64,000 nt of DNA, from NCBI RefSeq assembly GCF_024502345.1, contig NZ_JALDNN010000001.1, one strand, 5' to 3'. The notes below the pieces were generated by a model. The model worked only from the letters and a program-made list of their open reading frames with translations. It made no database searches and had not been told where the DNA came from. Within the stretch, counting starts at the first letter, position 1; every line of letters begins with the position of its first letter. The translations under genes were made by a program, and so were the position numbers. This stretch comes from Escherichia coli. Lineage in GTDB: Bacteria; Pseudomonadota; Gammaproteobacteria; Enterobacterales; Enterobacteriaceae. Shown here piece by piece: positions 35,255 through 47,283 of the stretch.

Positions 35255-38200
35255 ATGATTACTATTGACGGTAATGGCGCGGTTGCTTCGGTGGCGTTTC
35301 GCACCAGTGAAGTTATCGCCATCTACCCTATTACCCCCAGTTCCACGATGGCAGAACAGGCTGATGCCTGGGCCGGAAACGGCTTGAAGAACGTTTGGGG
35401 AGACACACCACGCGTGGTTGAAATGCAGTCGGAAGCGGGTGCTATCGCTACCGTGCATGGCGCTTTGCAGACGGGTGCCCTTTCAACATCGTTTACGTCA
35501 TCGCAGGGTTTGCTGCTGATGATCCCGACGCTGTACAAACTGGCAGGCGAACTCACACCGTTTGTCCTGCATGTAGCGGCACGTACCGTTGCCACACATG
35601 CACTCTCTATTTTTGGCGATCATTCCGACGTCATGGCGGTGCGCCAGACGGGTTGCGCGATGTTGTGTGCGGCAAACGTCCAGGAAGCGCAAGACTTTGC
35701 TCTCATTTCGCACATCGCGACGCTGAAAAGCCGCGTGCCATTTATTCATTTCTTTGATGGTTTCCGCACGTCCCACGAAATCAACAAAATTGTCCCGCTG
35801 GCCGATGACACGATTCTTGATCTCATGCCGCAGGCCGAAATTGATGCTCATCGCGCCCGGGCACTCAACCCGGAACATCCGGTGATCCGCGGTACGTCCG
35901 CCAATCCTGACACTTATTTCCAGTCTCGCGAAGCCACCAACCCATGGTACGACGCGGTCTATGACCATGTTGAACAGGCGATGAATGATTTCTCTGCCGC
36001 GACAGGTCGTCAGTATCAGCCGTTTGAATATTACGGGCATCCGCAAGCGGAACGGGTGATTATCCTGATGGGCTCTGCCATTGGCACCTGTGAAGAAGTG
36101 GTTGATGAATTGCTAACCCGTGGCGAAAAAGTCGGCGTGCTGAAAGTTCGCCTGTACCGCCCCTTCTCAGCCAAACACTTGCTACAAACTCTACCGGGAT
36201 CCGTACGTAGCGTGGCGGTACTGGACAGAACCAAAGAACCCGGTGCCCAGGCAGAACCGCTCTATCTGGATGTGATGACCGCACTGGCAGAAGCCTTTAA
36301 TAATGGCAAGCGCGAAACTCTGCCCCGTGTCATTGGTGGGCGCTATGGTCTTTCATCCAAAGAATTTGGCCCGGACTGTGTACTGGCGGTATTTGCCGAG
36401 CTCAACGCGGCTAAACCGAAAGCGCGCTTTACGGTTGGTATTTACGATGATGTAACCAATCTGTCCCTGCCGTTGCCGGAAAACACCCAGCCAAACTCGG
36501 CGAAACTTGAAGCCTTGTTTTATGGCCTTGGTAGTGATGGCAGCGTTTCCGCGACCAAAAACAATATCAAGATTATCGGTAATTCCACGCCGTGGTACGC
36601 ACAGGGCTATTTTGTTTACGACTCCAAAAAGGCGGGCGGCCTGACGGTTTCTCACCTTCGAGTGAGCGAACAGCCGATTCGTTCCGCTTATCTCATTTCC
36701 CAGGCTGATTTTGTTGGCTGCCACCAGTTGCAGTTTATCGATAAATATCAGATGGCTGAGCGTTTGAAACCTGGCGGCATTTTCCTGCTCAACACACCGT
36801 ACAGCGCAGATGAAGTGTGGTCGCGCTTGCCGCAAGAAGTTCAGGCCGTGTTAAACCAGAAAAAAGCGCGCTTCTATGTGATTAACGCGGCGAAAATCGC
36901 CCGCGAATGTGGCCTGGCGGCCCGTATTAATACCGTCATGCAGATGGCTTTTTTCCATCTGACGCAAATTCTGCCTGGCGATAGCGCCCTCGCAGAATTG
37001 CAGGGTGCGATTGCCAAAAGTTACAGTAGCAAAGGCCAGGATCTGGTGGAACGCAATTGGCAGGCTCTGGCGCTGGCGCGTGAATCCGTAGAAGAAGTTC
37101 CGTTGCAACCGGTAAATCCGCACAGCGCCAATCGACCGCCAGTGGTTTCCGATGCCGCTCCTGATTTCGTGAAAACCGTAACCGCTGCGATGCTCGCCGG
37201 GCTTGGTGACGCCCTCCCCGTTTCGGCGCTGCCGCCAGACGGCTCCTGGCCGATGGGCACTACGCGCTGGGAAAAACGTAATATTGCCGAAGAGATCCCC
37301 ATCTGGAAAGAGGAACTCTGTACCCAATGTAACCACTGCGTTGCCGCTTGCCCACACTCAGCTATTCGCGCAAAAGTGGTGCCGCCTGAAGCGATGGAAA
37401 ACGCCCCTGCCAGCCTGCATTCGCTGGATGTGAAATCGCGTGATATGCGCGGGCAGAAATATGTCTTGCAGGTGGCACCGGAAGATTGCACCGGTTGTAA
37501 CCTGTGCGTCGAAGTTTGCCCGGCGAAAGACCGTCAGAATCCAGAGATTAAAGCCATCAATATGATGTCTCGCCTGGAACATGTCGAAGAAGAGAAAATC
37601 AATTACGATTTCTTCCTCAACCTGCCAGAAATCGACCGTAGCAAACTGGAACGTATTGATATTCGTACATCGCAGCTGATTACACCGCTGTTTGAATATT
37701 CAGGTGCTTGCTCCGGTTGTGGCGAGACGCCGTATATTAAATTACTGACTCAGCTCTATGGCGACCGGATGTTGATCGCTAACGCCACTGGCTGTTCTTC
37801 AATTTATGGCGGTAACCTGCCCTCTACACCGTATACCACCGATGCCAACGGTCGTGGGCCGGCATGGGCGAACTCTCTATTTGAAGATAATGCCGAATTT
37901 GGCCTTGGTTTCCGCCTGACGGTCGATCAACACCGTATCCGCGTGCTGCGTCTGCTGGATCAATTTGCCGATAAAATCCCGGCGGAATTACTGACGGCGT
38001 TGAAATCAGACGCCACGCCAGAGGTTCGTCGTGAACAGGTTGCAGCTTTACGCCAGCAACTCAACGATGTTGCCGAAGCACATGAACTGCTACGTGATGC
38101 AGATGCACTGGTGGAAAAATCAATCTGGCTGATTGGTGGTGATGGCTGGGCTTACGATATCGGCTTTGGCGGTCTGGATCATGTATTGAGTTTGACGGAA

Positions 38201-38779
38201 AACGTCAACATTCTGGTGCTGGATACGCAATGCTATTCCAACACCGGTGGTCAGGCGTCGAAAGCGACACCGCTGGGTGCAGTAACTAAATTTGGCGAGC
38301 ACGGCAAACGTAAAGCGCGTAAAGATCTTGGCGTCAGTATGATGATGTACGGTCATGTTTATGTGGCGCAGATTTCTCTCGGCGCGCAGCTGAACCAGAC
38401 GGTGAAAGCGATTCAGGAAGCGGAAGCGTATCCGGGGCCATCGCTGATCATTGCTTATAGCCCGTGTGAAGAGCATGGTTACGATCTGGCACTCAGCCAC
38501 GACCAGATGCGCCAACTCACAGCTACCGGCTTCTGGCCGCTATATCGCTTCGATCCTCGTCGTGCCGATGAAGGCAAACTGCCGCTGGCGCTGGATTCAC
38601 GCCCGCCGTCAGAAGCACTGGAAGAAACGTTACTTCACGAGCAACGTTTCCGTCGTCTGAATTCGCAGCAGCCAGAAGTGGCAGAACAGTTATGGAAAGA
38701 TGCTGCAGCTGATTTGCAAAAACGCTATGACTTCCTGGCACAAATGGCCGGAAAAGCGGAAAAAAGCAACACCGATTAA
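35255..38779 (+). CDS. ydbK: Pyruvate:flavodoxin/ferredoxin oxidoreductase (NifJ-like PFOR)
   Basis: 1174 aa; PFOR domain order with two 4Fe-4S CxxCxxCxxxCP motifs (CTQCNHCVAACP, CTGCNLCVEVCP) and a TPP-binding region. Confidence 0.9.
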   Translation: MITIDGNGAVASVAFRTSEVIAIYPITPSSTMAEQADAWAGNGLKNVWGDTPRVVEMQSEAGAIATVHGALQTGALSTSFTSSQGLLLMIPTLYKLAGELTPFVLHVAARTVATHALSIFGDHSDVMAVRQTGCAMLCAANVQEAQDFALISHIATLKSRVPFIHFFDGFRTSHEINKIVPLADDTILDLMPQAEIDAHRARALNPEHPVIRGTSANPDTYFQSREATNPWYDAVYDHVEQAMNDFSAATGRQYQPFEYYGHPQAERVIILMGSAIGTCEEVVDELLTRGEKVGVLKVRLYRPFSAKHLLQTLPGSVRSVAVLDRTKEPGAQAEPLYLDVMTALAEAFNNGKRETLPRVIGGRYGLSSKEFGPDCVLAVFAELNAAKPKARFTVGIYDDVTNLSLPLPENTQPNSAKLEALFYGLGSDGSVSATKNNIKIIGNSTPWYAQGYFVYDSKKAGGLTVSHLRVSEQPIRSAYLISQADFVGCHQLQFIDKYQMAERLKPGGIFLLNTPYSADEVWSRLPQEVQAVLNQKKARFYVINAAKIARECGLAARINTVMQMAFFHLTQILPGDSALAELQGAIAKSYSSKGQDLVERNWQALALARESVEEVPLQPVNPHSANRPPVVSDAAPDFVKTVTAAMLAGLGDALPVSALPPDGSWPMGTTRWEKRNIAEEIPIWKEELCTQCNHCVAACPHSAIRAKVVPPEAMENAPASLHSLDVKSRDMRGQKYVLQVAPEDCTGCNLCVEVCPAKDRQNPEIKAINMMSRLEHVEEEKINYDFFLNLPEIDRSKLERIDIRTSQLITPLFEYSGACSGCGETPYIKLLTQLYGDRMLIANATGCSSIYGGNLPSTPYTTDANGRGPAWANSLFEDNAEFGLGFRLTVDQHRIRVLRLLDQFADKIPAELLTALKSDATPEVRREQVAALRQQLNDVAEAHELLRDADALVEKSIWLIGGDGWAYDIGFGGLDHVLSLTENVNILVLDTQCYSNTGGQASKATPLGAVTKFGEHGKRKARKDLGVSMMMYGHVYVAQISLGAQLNQTVKAIQEAEAYPGPSLIIAYSPCEEHGYDLALSHDQMRQLTATGFWPLYRFDPRRADEGKLPLALDSRPPSEALEETLLHEQRFRRLNSQQPEVAEQLWKDAAADLQKRYDFLAQMAGKAEKSNTD

Positions 38780-38808
38780 ATGCTCTGGATAAGGATTATC
38801 CAATTCTA

Positions 38809-38917
38809 AAAAAAAGCCCGGACGACTGTTCGGGCTTGTCTTTTTATATGTTGGAAAATCAGTGGCAATGCAATGGCCCAACAGAAAATAAAATCTGTGA
38901 CAATAAAGGCATATAAC
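38809..38917 (-). ncRNA. micC: MicC small RNA (porin-regulating, Hfq-dependent)
   Basis: The minus strand reads GTTATATGCCTTTATTGTCACAGATTTTATTTTCTGTTGGGCCATTGCATTGCCACTGATTTTCCAACATATAAAAAGACAAGCCCGAACAGTCGTCCGGGCTTTTTTTT, matching remembered MicC; divergent from ompN and sharing a bidirectional hairpin with the ydbK 3' end. Confidence 0.8.
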
Positions 38918-39144
38918 CCGCGCAGAATAACGTATAGAAAATTAAAAGTATAATTTTTATTTTGTATGTATTATCTTCGATACATTCACCAGACTTATTA
39001 TCATTTCAGAAGAATTATTTGATTAAGGTTTTACTTAAGGCGTAACAAATGATATTTATCGGCTAACTGAACTTCTCCTTTAGGATGTTTTCACTCCCCG
39101 GAATGGGGATAAAAGGCAAATAAAATAACTAAAGGATTTATTCA

Positions 39145-40278
39145 ATGAAAAGCAAAGTACTGGCACTTTTAAATCCTGCCCTGCTCGCCGCAGGTGCTGC
39201 ACATGCAGCCGAAGTTTATAATAAAGACGGCAACAAATTAGATCTGTATGGCAAAGTTGATGGCCTGCATTATTTTTCTGATAATTCAGCGAAAGATGGC
39301 GATCAGAGCTATGCGCGTCTGGGTTTTAAAGGCGAAACCCAAATTAACGATCAACTCACTGGCTACGGTCAATGGGAATACAATATTCAGGCAAACAACA
39401 CTGAATCTTCAAAAAACCAGTCATGGACCCGTCTGGCATTTGCCGGGCTGAAATTTGCAGATTACGGTTCTTTCGATTACGGACGTAATTATGGCGTAAT
39501 GTACGACATCGAAAGCTGGACCGATATGCTGCCTGAATTTGGCGGTGACTCTTATACCAATGCAGACAACTTTATGACTGGTCGTGCCAACGGCGTCGCG
39601 ACTTATCGTAATACTGATTTCTTCGGTCTGGTAAATGGTCTGAACTTCGCGGTGCAGTATCAAGGTAACAACGAAGGTGCCAGTAATGGTCAGGAAGGCA
39701 CCAACAACGGACGTGATGTTCGCCATGAAAATGGTGACGGCTGGGGTCTTTCCACAACATATGATTTAGGCATGGGCTTTAGCGCTGGTGCGGCATACAC
39801 CTCATCTGACCGCACCAATGACCAGGTTAACCATACTGCGGCGGGTGGTGATAAAGCAGACGCGTGGACTGCTGGGCTAAAATACGATGCTAACAATATT
39901 TACCTGGCAACCATGTATTCAGAAACGCGTAATATGACCCCGTTTGGCGACAGCGATTATGCTGTTGCAAACAAAACCCAGAACTTTGAAGTCACTGCAC
40001 AGTACCAGTTTGATTTTGGTCTGCGTCCGGCAGTCTCTTTCCTGATGTCTAAAGGCCGTGACCTGCACGCTGCCGGTGGTGCAGACAACCCGGCAGGTGT
40101 TGATGATAAAGATCTTGTTAAATACGCCGATGTTGGCGCGACTTACTATTTCAATAAAAACATGTCCACTTATGTTGACTATAAAATCAACCTGTTGGAT
40201 GAAGATGACAGTTTCTACGCTGCCAACGGCATCTCTACCGATGATATTGTCGCTTTAGGTCTGGTTTATCAGTTCTAA
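39145..40278 (+). CDS. ompN: Outer-membrane porin N (OmpC/OmpF family)
   Basis: 377 aa with a signal peptide and the general-porin C-terminus ...LGLVYQF. Confidence 0.9.
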   Translation: MKSKVLALLNPALLAAGAAHAAEVYNKDGNKLDLYGKVDGLHYFSDNSAKDGDQSYARLGFKGETQINDQLTGYGQWEYNIQANNTESSKNQSWTRLAFAGLKFADYGSFDYGRNYGVMYDIESWTDMLPEFGGDSYTNADNFMTGRANGVATYRNTDFFGLVNGLNFAVQYQGNNEGASNGQEGTNNGRDVRHENGDGWGLSTTYDLGMGFSAGAAYTSSDRTNDQVNHTAAGGDKADAWTAGLKYDANNIYLATMYSETRNMTPFGDSDYAVANKTQNFEVTAQYQFDFGLRPAVSFLMSKGRDLHAAGGADNPAGVDDKDLVKYADVGATYYFNKNMSTYVDYKINLLDEDDSFYAANGISTDDIVALGLVYQF

Positions 40279-40286
40279 ATCCTCCT

Positions 40287-40310
40287 GCCCGCTGTTATGG
40301 CGGGCTTTTT
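40287..40310 (+). terminator. Rho-independent terminator after ompN
   Basis: GCCCGC-tgttatg-GCGGGC followed by TTTTT. Confidence 0.6.
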
Positions 40311-40337
40311 CTGCTTATTCTTCCTCCTTTGATCTAA

Positions 40338-40853
<516 letters not shown>

Positions 40854-40860
40854 CACTAAC

Positions 40861-40885
40861 GCCCGCACATTGCTGCGGGCTTTTT
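40861..40885 (+). terminator. Rho-independent terminator after uspF
   Basis: GCCCGCA-cattgct-GCGGGC followed by TTTTT. Confidence 0.6.
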
Positions 40886-41028
40886 GATTCATTTCGCAAA
40901 TGTGCTGACATTTTCCCCTCTAATCCGTACCATACACGCCACTGTTTTTATATCAGATTTCTTATGCTGGGCATTCCGGCATGACGCATACTCTTCTGAT
41001 GCCATATAACGAATTGAGTCGCTTTTAA

Positions 41029-41964
41029 ATGTCGCAAAATCAAGAAATTAGTAAGAAAGAACAATACAACCTGAACAAATTACAAAAACGTCTGCGTCGT
41101 AACGTGGGCGAAGCCATTGCTGACTTCAATATGATTGAAGAAGGCGATCGCATCATGGTTTGCCTCTCCGGGGGTAAAGACAGCTATACCATGCTGGAGA
41201 TTCTGCGCAATTTGCAGCAAAGCGCGCCAATCAATTTTTCGCTGGTGGCTGTTAACCTCGATCAAAAGCAACCGGGCTTCCCGGAACACGTTCTGCCCGA
41301 GTATCTTGAAAAGCTGGGCGTTGAGTACAAGATTGTCGAAGAGAACACTTACGGTATCGTGAAAGAGAAGATTCCAGAGGGCAAAACCACTTGCTCACTG
41401 TGTTCTCGCCTTCGTCGCGGTATCCTTTATCGTACCGCAACGGAACTGGGGGCGACGAAGATCGCGCTGGGTCACCATCGTGACGATATCCTGCAGACGT
41501 TGTTCTTAAATATGTTCTACGGCGGCAAGATGAAAGGTATGCCTCCGAAACTGATGAGCGATGATGGCAAACATATCGTTATTCGTCCGCTGGCCTACTG
41601 CCGCGAGAAAGATATTCAGCGATTTGCCGATGCAAAAGCGTTCCCGATTATTCCGTGCAACCTGTGCGGTTCACAGCCTAACCTGCAACGTCAGGTGATT
41701 GCTGACATGTTGCGTGACTGGGATAAACGTTATCCAGGGCGTATCGAGACGATGTTCAGCGCGATGCAGAATGTGGTGCCGTCGCATCTGTGCGATACTA
41801 ACCTGTTCGATTTCAAAGGCATCACCCACGGTTCTGAAGTGGTTAACGGGGGTGATTTGGCGTTTGATCGCGAAGAGATCCCACTACAACCGGCGGGCTG
41901 GCAGCCAGAAGAAGATGAAAATCAGTTGGATGAGTTACGGCTGAATGTGGTTGAAGTGAAATAA
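41029..41964 (+). CDS. ttcA: tRNA 2-thiocytidine(32) synthetase
   Basis: 311 aa; SGGKDS PP-loop motif and CxxC motifs. Confidence 0.9.
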   Translation: MSQNQEISKKEQYNLNKLQKRLRRNVGEAIADFNMIEEGDRIMVCLSGGKDSYTMLEILRNLQQSAPINFSLVAVNLDQKQPGFPEHVLPEYLEKLGVEYKIVEENTYGIVKEKIPEGKTTCSLCSRLRRGILYRTATELGATKIALGHHRDDILQTLFLNMFYGGKMKGMPPKLMSDDGKHIVIRPLAYCREKDIQRFADAKAFPIIPCNLCGSQPNLQRQVIADMLRDWDKRYPGRIETMFSAMQNVVPSHLCDTNLFDFKGITHGSEVVNGGDLAFDREEIPLQPAGWQPEEDENQLDELRLNVVEVK

Positions 41965-42011
41965 CCAAGATGGCGCCCGATGCGCAAGCGTATCGGGCTA
42001 CTCTTATGGAG

Positions 42012-42045
42012 GCCGGATAAGACGCGGCCAGCGTCGCATCCGGCA
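42012..42045. repeat. REP (repetitive extragenic palindrome) unit between ttcA and dbpA
   Basis: GCCGGATAAGACGCGGCCAGCGTCGCATCCGGCA. Confidence 0.5.
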
Positions 42046-42092
42046 ATCCCGAATAAGATGTTTACTCTTGCACCCGGCAATTCAACATTTCA

Positions 42093-43466
42093 TTATTTTA
42101 ATAACCGCACCCGGCACGTTTTTCCTTTAATCTTCCCGCCCTGTAACTGTTTCCATGCTTTATGAGCAACAGCCTGACGGACCGCGACATAGACATGCGC
42201 CGGATGCACGGCGATTTTGCCAATATCTGCGCCATCAAGCCCGATATCTCCTGTCAGTGCACCTAATACATCACCCGGGCGCATTTTGGCTTTTTTCCCG
42301 CCATCAATACACAACGTTGCCATTTCTGCTTCCAGCGGCACAATGGAACTATTAGCTGGCGGCGTTTGCCAGTTAAGTTTTATCTGCAACATGTCAGAAA
42401 TGATATTGGCCCGCTGTGCTTCTTCCGGAGCACAGAAACTGATCGCCAGACCGCTATTTCCTGCACGAGCTGTACGGCCGATGCGATGTACATGAACTTC
42501 AGGGTCCCACGCCAGCTCAAAGTTCACCACCAGCTCAAGCGATTTAATATCCAGACCACGCGCAGCAACATCAGTCGCAACCAGTACACGGGCGCTACCG
42601 TTAGCAAAACGTACCAGGGTCTGATCGCGATCGCGTTGCTCCAAATCGCCGTGTAATGACAATGCACTTTGCCCTACTTCATTCAGCGCGTCGCAGACAG
42701 CCTGGCAATCTTTTTTGGTATTGCAAAACACCACGCAAGAGGATGGCTGATGCAAGCTTAATAACCGTTGCAACAGAGGAATTTTGCCTTTGCTGGATGT
42801 CTCATAAAATTGTTGTTCAATGGGTGGCAAAGCATCTGTTGAGTCAATTTCAATCGCCAAAGGATCGCGTTGCACTCGTCCGCTGATTACGGCGATGGCT
42901 TCCGGCCAGGTTGCCGAAAACAGAAGCGTCTGTCGAGATGCAGGCGCAAAACGGATGACATCATCAATGGCATCGCTAAATCCCATATCCAGCATGCGGT
43001 CGGCCTCATCCATCACCAAAGTATTCAGCGCATCCAGTGATACCGTGCCTTTTTGCAAGTGATCCAGCAAACGACCCGGCGTTGCAACGATAATATGCGG
43101 CGCATGTTGCAACGAATCACGCTGCATACCGAACGGTTGACCACCGCACAACGTCAAAATTTTGGTATTTGGGAGAAAACGCGCCAGCCGACGCAATTCA
43201 CCTGCCACCTGATCCGCCAGTTCACGCGTAGGACACAGCACTAAAGCCTGGGTTTGAAATAGCGACGCATCAATTTGCTGTAACAAGCCGAGGCCAAAAG
43301 CCGCCGTTTTGCCGCTGCCGGTTTTCGCCTGCACGCGAACATCTTTTCCGGCAAGGATCGCCGGAAGCGCGGCGACCTGCACCGGCGTCATGGTTAAATA
43401 ACCCAACTCATTAAGGTTCGTGAGTTGGGCGGGAGGCAAAACATGCAGGGTAGAAAAAGCGGTCAC
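42093..43466 (-). CDS. dbpA: ATP-dependent RNA helicase DbpA (DEAD box, 23S rRNA-dependent)
   Basis: 457 aa; Q motif, AKTGSGKT Walker A and DEAD motif. Confidence 0.9.
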   Translation of the reverse strand: MTAFSTLHVLPPAQLTNLNELGYLTMTPVQVAALPAILAGKDVRVQAKTGSGKTAAFGLGLLQQIDASLFQTQALVLCPTRELADQVAGELRRLARFLPNTKILTLCGGQPFGMQRDSLQHAPHIIVATPGRLLDHLQKGTVSLDALNTLVMDEADRMLDMGFSDAIDDVIRFAPASRQTLLFSATWPEAIAVISGRVQRDPLAIEIDSTDALPPIEQQFYETSSKGKIPLLQRLLSLHQPSSCVVFCNTKKDCQAVCDALNEVGQSALSLHGDLEQRDRDQTLVRFANGSARVLVATDVAARGLDIKSLELVVNFELAWDPEVHVHRIGRTARAGNSGLAISFCAPEEAQRANIISDMLQIKLNWQTPPANSSIVPLEAEMATLCIDGGKKAKMRPGDVLGALTGDIGLDGADIGKIAVHPAHVYVAVRQAVAHKAWKQLQGGKIKGKTCRVRLLK

Positions 43467-43726
43467 AATCTATTCTCGTGGTCATCGACGCAAAGTTAGC
43501 AGGCGCGTATCCTCGCAGATCTACGCTCACGATGCGACAATTTAATCGGTTCTTCATCAGGTGGTGGGTCAGGCATGGGTTGCGGGCGAGGGATCGGATC
43601 GGGCACTGGAACAGGATCGCCAGGAATCGGTTCAGGGACAGGAATTTGCAAATAAATAAGTGTCGTCATATTTCCCTCCGGTCATTGGGTGGACTCTTAA
43701 AGGGTAGACGCTGATAAATAACAGGC

Positions 43727-43848
43727 AAAAAAAAGCCGACTCATCAAAGTCGGCGTCGTACGAATCAATTGTGCTATGCAGTAATTCAAAAAAGGAAGTA
43801 AGACAATATGGAGCGCAACGCCCATCGCTTGACGTTGCATTCACCTGC
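43727..43848 (-). ncRNA. fnrS: FnrS small RNA (FNR-activated, Hfq-dependent)
   Basis: The minus strand reads GCAGGTGAATGCAACGTCAAGCGATGGGCGTTGCGCTCCATATTGTCTTACTTCCTTTTTTGAATTACTGCATAGCACAATTGATTCGTACGACGCCGACTTTGATGAGTCGGCTTTTTTTT, matching remembered FnrS, with a terminal hairpin and T-run. Confidence 0.8.
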
Positions 43849-43883
43849 AAGGGAGATATTGCCCTGAATGGGTAGAGAGTTTA

Positions 43884-43897
43884 TTGACTTCGCTCAA
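43884..43897 (-). promoter_or_regulatory. FNR site (TTGAG-N4-GTCAA) centred about 42 bp upstream of the fnrS 5' end
   Basis: The minus strand reads TTGAGCGAAGTCAA; position fits a class II FNR-activated promoter. Confidence 0.6.
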
Positions 43898-43943
43898 ACT
43901 TTGCGGCGTTTTTGTATACAGACAGCCGGAAAAATTGCTTTTG

Positions 43944-44948
<1,005 letters not shown>

Positions 44949-45181
44949 TTATTTTGTAGTCTAGCCTTCTGGCCCTGTTACGCAACATCTCATCACCCCA
45001 TTACCCTGAAATGATTAATAAAATTCTGTCTAAATTGAATACAAAAAGCAAAATGCTTTTCCGTATACAAACCGTGTGAAGTGTTAAATAGCGTCTATCA
45101 TTATCAGAATTATCTGATCATATGACGTGGCTTTTTTGCGATCGGATAGCAACAAAAATTGATAAAAATAACGGGATCTCA

Positions 45182-46414
45182 ATGATTACGCACAACTTCA
45201 ATACCCTGGACTTACTCACCAGTCCTGTCTGGATCGTTTCGCCCTTTGAGGAACAGTTAATTTATGCCAATAGCGCGGCGCGACTGTTGATGCAAGACCT
45301 CACGTTTAGTCAGCTACGAACCGGTCCCTATTCCGTCTCCTCACAAAAAGAACTGCCGAAATACCTCTCCGATCTGCAAAACCAACACGATATTATCGAA
45401 ATCCTCACTGTTCAGCGTAAAGAAGAGGAAACAGCATTAAGCTGTCGGCTTGTTTTGCGAAAGCTGACAGAAGCAGAACCGGTGATTATTTTCGAAGGTA
45501 TCGAAGCGCCGGCAACGCTGGGTTTAAAAGCCAGTCGCTCGGCAAATTATCAGCGCAAAAAACAAGGTTTTTATGCGCGCTTTTTTCTGACTAACTCTGC
45601 ACCAATGTTGTTGATTGCCCCCTCACGAGATGGCCAAATCGTCGATGCTAACCTCGCCGCGCTCAATTTCTATGGTTATAACCATGAAACGATGTGCCAG
45701 AAACATACCTGGGAAATAAATATGCTCGGGCGTCGCGTCATGCCTATCATGCATGAAATTTCGCATTTACCCGGTGGTCATAAACCTCTGAATTTTATTC
45801 ATAAGCTGGCGGATGGTTCGACTCGTCATGTGCAGACCTACGCCGGGCCGATTGAAATTTATGGCGACAAGCTCATGTTATGTATTGTGCATGATATTAC
45901 TGAGCAAAAACGGCTGGAGGAGCAGCTGGAACATGCTGCTCACCATGACGCGATGACCGGATTACTGAATCGGCGACAGTTTTATCACATTACGGAACCA
46001 GGCCAAATGCAGCATCTCGCCATCGCTCAGGATTACAGCTTGTTGCTCATCGACACCGATCGTTTTAAACACATTAACGATCTCTATGGGCATTCTAAAG
46101 GTGATGAGGTGTTATGCGCCCTCGCCCGCACCCTCGAAAGTTGCGCTCGCAAAGGCGATTTGGTGTTTCGTTGGGGAGGCGAAGAGTTTGTCTTATTGCT
46201 ACCAAGAACCCCACTGGATACCGCGCTTTCGCTGGCTGAAACTATCCGCGTAAGCGTGGCAAAAGTGAGTATTTCGGGCTTACCACGCTTTACCGTCAGC
46301 ATTGGTGTGGCGCATCACGAAGGAAATGAAAGCATCGATGAACTGTTTAAACGCGTTGATGATGCTTTGTATCGGGCGAAAAATGATGGACGCAACCGCG
46401 TGCTGGCGGCATAA
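45182..46414 (+). CDS. dgcM: PAS-PAS-GGDEF diguanylate cyclase (active site reads GGEEF)
   Basis: 410 aa from the internal Met, MITHNFNTLDLLTSPVWIVSP...; RWGGEEF motif. Confidence 0.8.
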   Translation: MITHNFNTLDLLTSPVWIVSPFEEQLIYANSAARLLMQDLTFSQLRTGPYSVSSQKELPKYLSDLQNQHDIIEILTVQRKEEETALSCRLVLRKLTEAEPVIIFEGIEAPATLGLKASRSANYQRKKQGFYARFFLTNSAPMLLIAPSRDGQIVDANLAALNFYGYNHETMCQKHTWEINMLGRRVMPIMHEISHLPGGHKPLNFIHKLADGSTRHVQTYAGPIEIYGDKLMLCIVHDITEQKRLEEQLEHAAHHDAMTGLLNRRQFYHITEPGQMQHLAIAQDYSLLLIDTDRFKHINDLYGHSKGDEVLCALARTLESCARKGDLVFRWGGEEFVLLLPRTPLDTALSLAETIRVSVAKVSISGLPRFTVSIGVAHHEGNESIDELFKRVDDALYRAKNDGRNRVLAA

Positions 46415-46434
46415 GCCGCGGATGCGTCTCGTGA

Positions 46435-46998
46435 TCAACGGCTGCGCTTAGCGTGGCGCTCCCAGTTTTCTTGCTTCGCCTGCGCCGTTTTACGTAGTGC
46501 GACATAACACGCCCCGCTGCCGCCATGATGCGGTAGCGCGGTGCAATATGCCTGAACATCATCAAATTCGGTCAGCCAGCGCGCCACATAGCTGCGGACA
46601 ATATTGGCATGCGATTTATCATCCCGCCCTTTACCATGAATAATCAGCACGTTACGCAAACTATCCGCCAGGGCTTGTTGAATGAAACTGAACACCATTT
46701 TGCGGCACTCTTCCACCGGCTGGCGCAAAAGATTCAGGCTCGCCTGTTGCGGATATTTACCACTGCGAAGCTTATCCAGCACCCCATGTTGCAACCCTTC
46801 CCGCCGAAACTCCAGCGGCTGACTTAGTGGGATGATGTCGAGAAATCCGGTGGTGAGGAAATTATCAAGCTGCAGCGTGTCGATACGCTGCGGCGCACGT
46901 TGGTTACGCGTTGGATGCCAGTGGACATCGGTAGCACGTTTCAGCGGCTGGACATCTTCCATGGCGTCAAGAAACAGCGATTTGTCGTCAAGGTTCAT
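46435..46998 (-). CDS. smrA: Smr-domain DNA endonuclease
   Basis: 187-aa ORF in the conserved position between dgcM and abgR. Confidence 0.75.
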   Translation of the reverse strand: MNLDDKSLFLDAMEDVQPLKRATDVHWHPTRNQRAPQRIDTLQLDNFLTTGFLDIIPLSQPLEFRREGLQHGVLDKLRSGKYPQQASLNLLRQPVEECRKMVFSFIQQALADSLRNVLIIHGKGRDDKSHANIVRSYVARWLTEFDDVQAYCTALPHHGGSGACYVALRKTAQAKQENWERHAKRSR

Positions 46999-47283
46999 GT
47001 TACATCCTCCCGCAATTAAGAGCGCGATATGATAACCAGACCGGGTCGGTCCAACAACGTATTACCCAAAATTCCAGTAATAAGTTCCAAATATTGCCGA
47101 TATTTTAAGCAAAATGCTTATGCATGATTATTCATTCACGATATTAATAATGTAACTTATATTTTCGTGAAATCTGTCACTGAAGAAAATTGGCAACTAA
47201 AGGTTAAAACCGTTATAACACAGTCACCGGCGCAGAGGAGACAATGCCGGACTTAAGACGCGGATGCACTGCTGTGTGTACTG

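Noticed and set aside
35323-38741. Multiple minus-strand ORFs of 60 to 180 aa within ydbK
   Set aside because: All are antisense to or out of frame with the continuous 1174-aa PFOR frame; none has independent start or termination signals.
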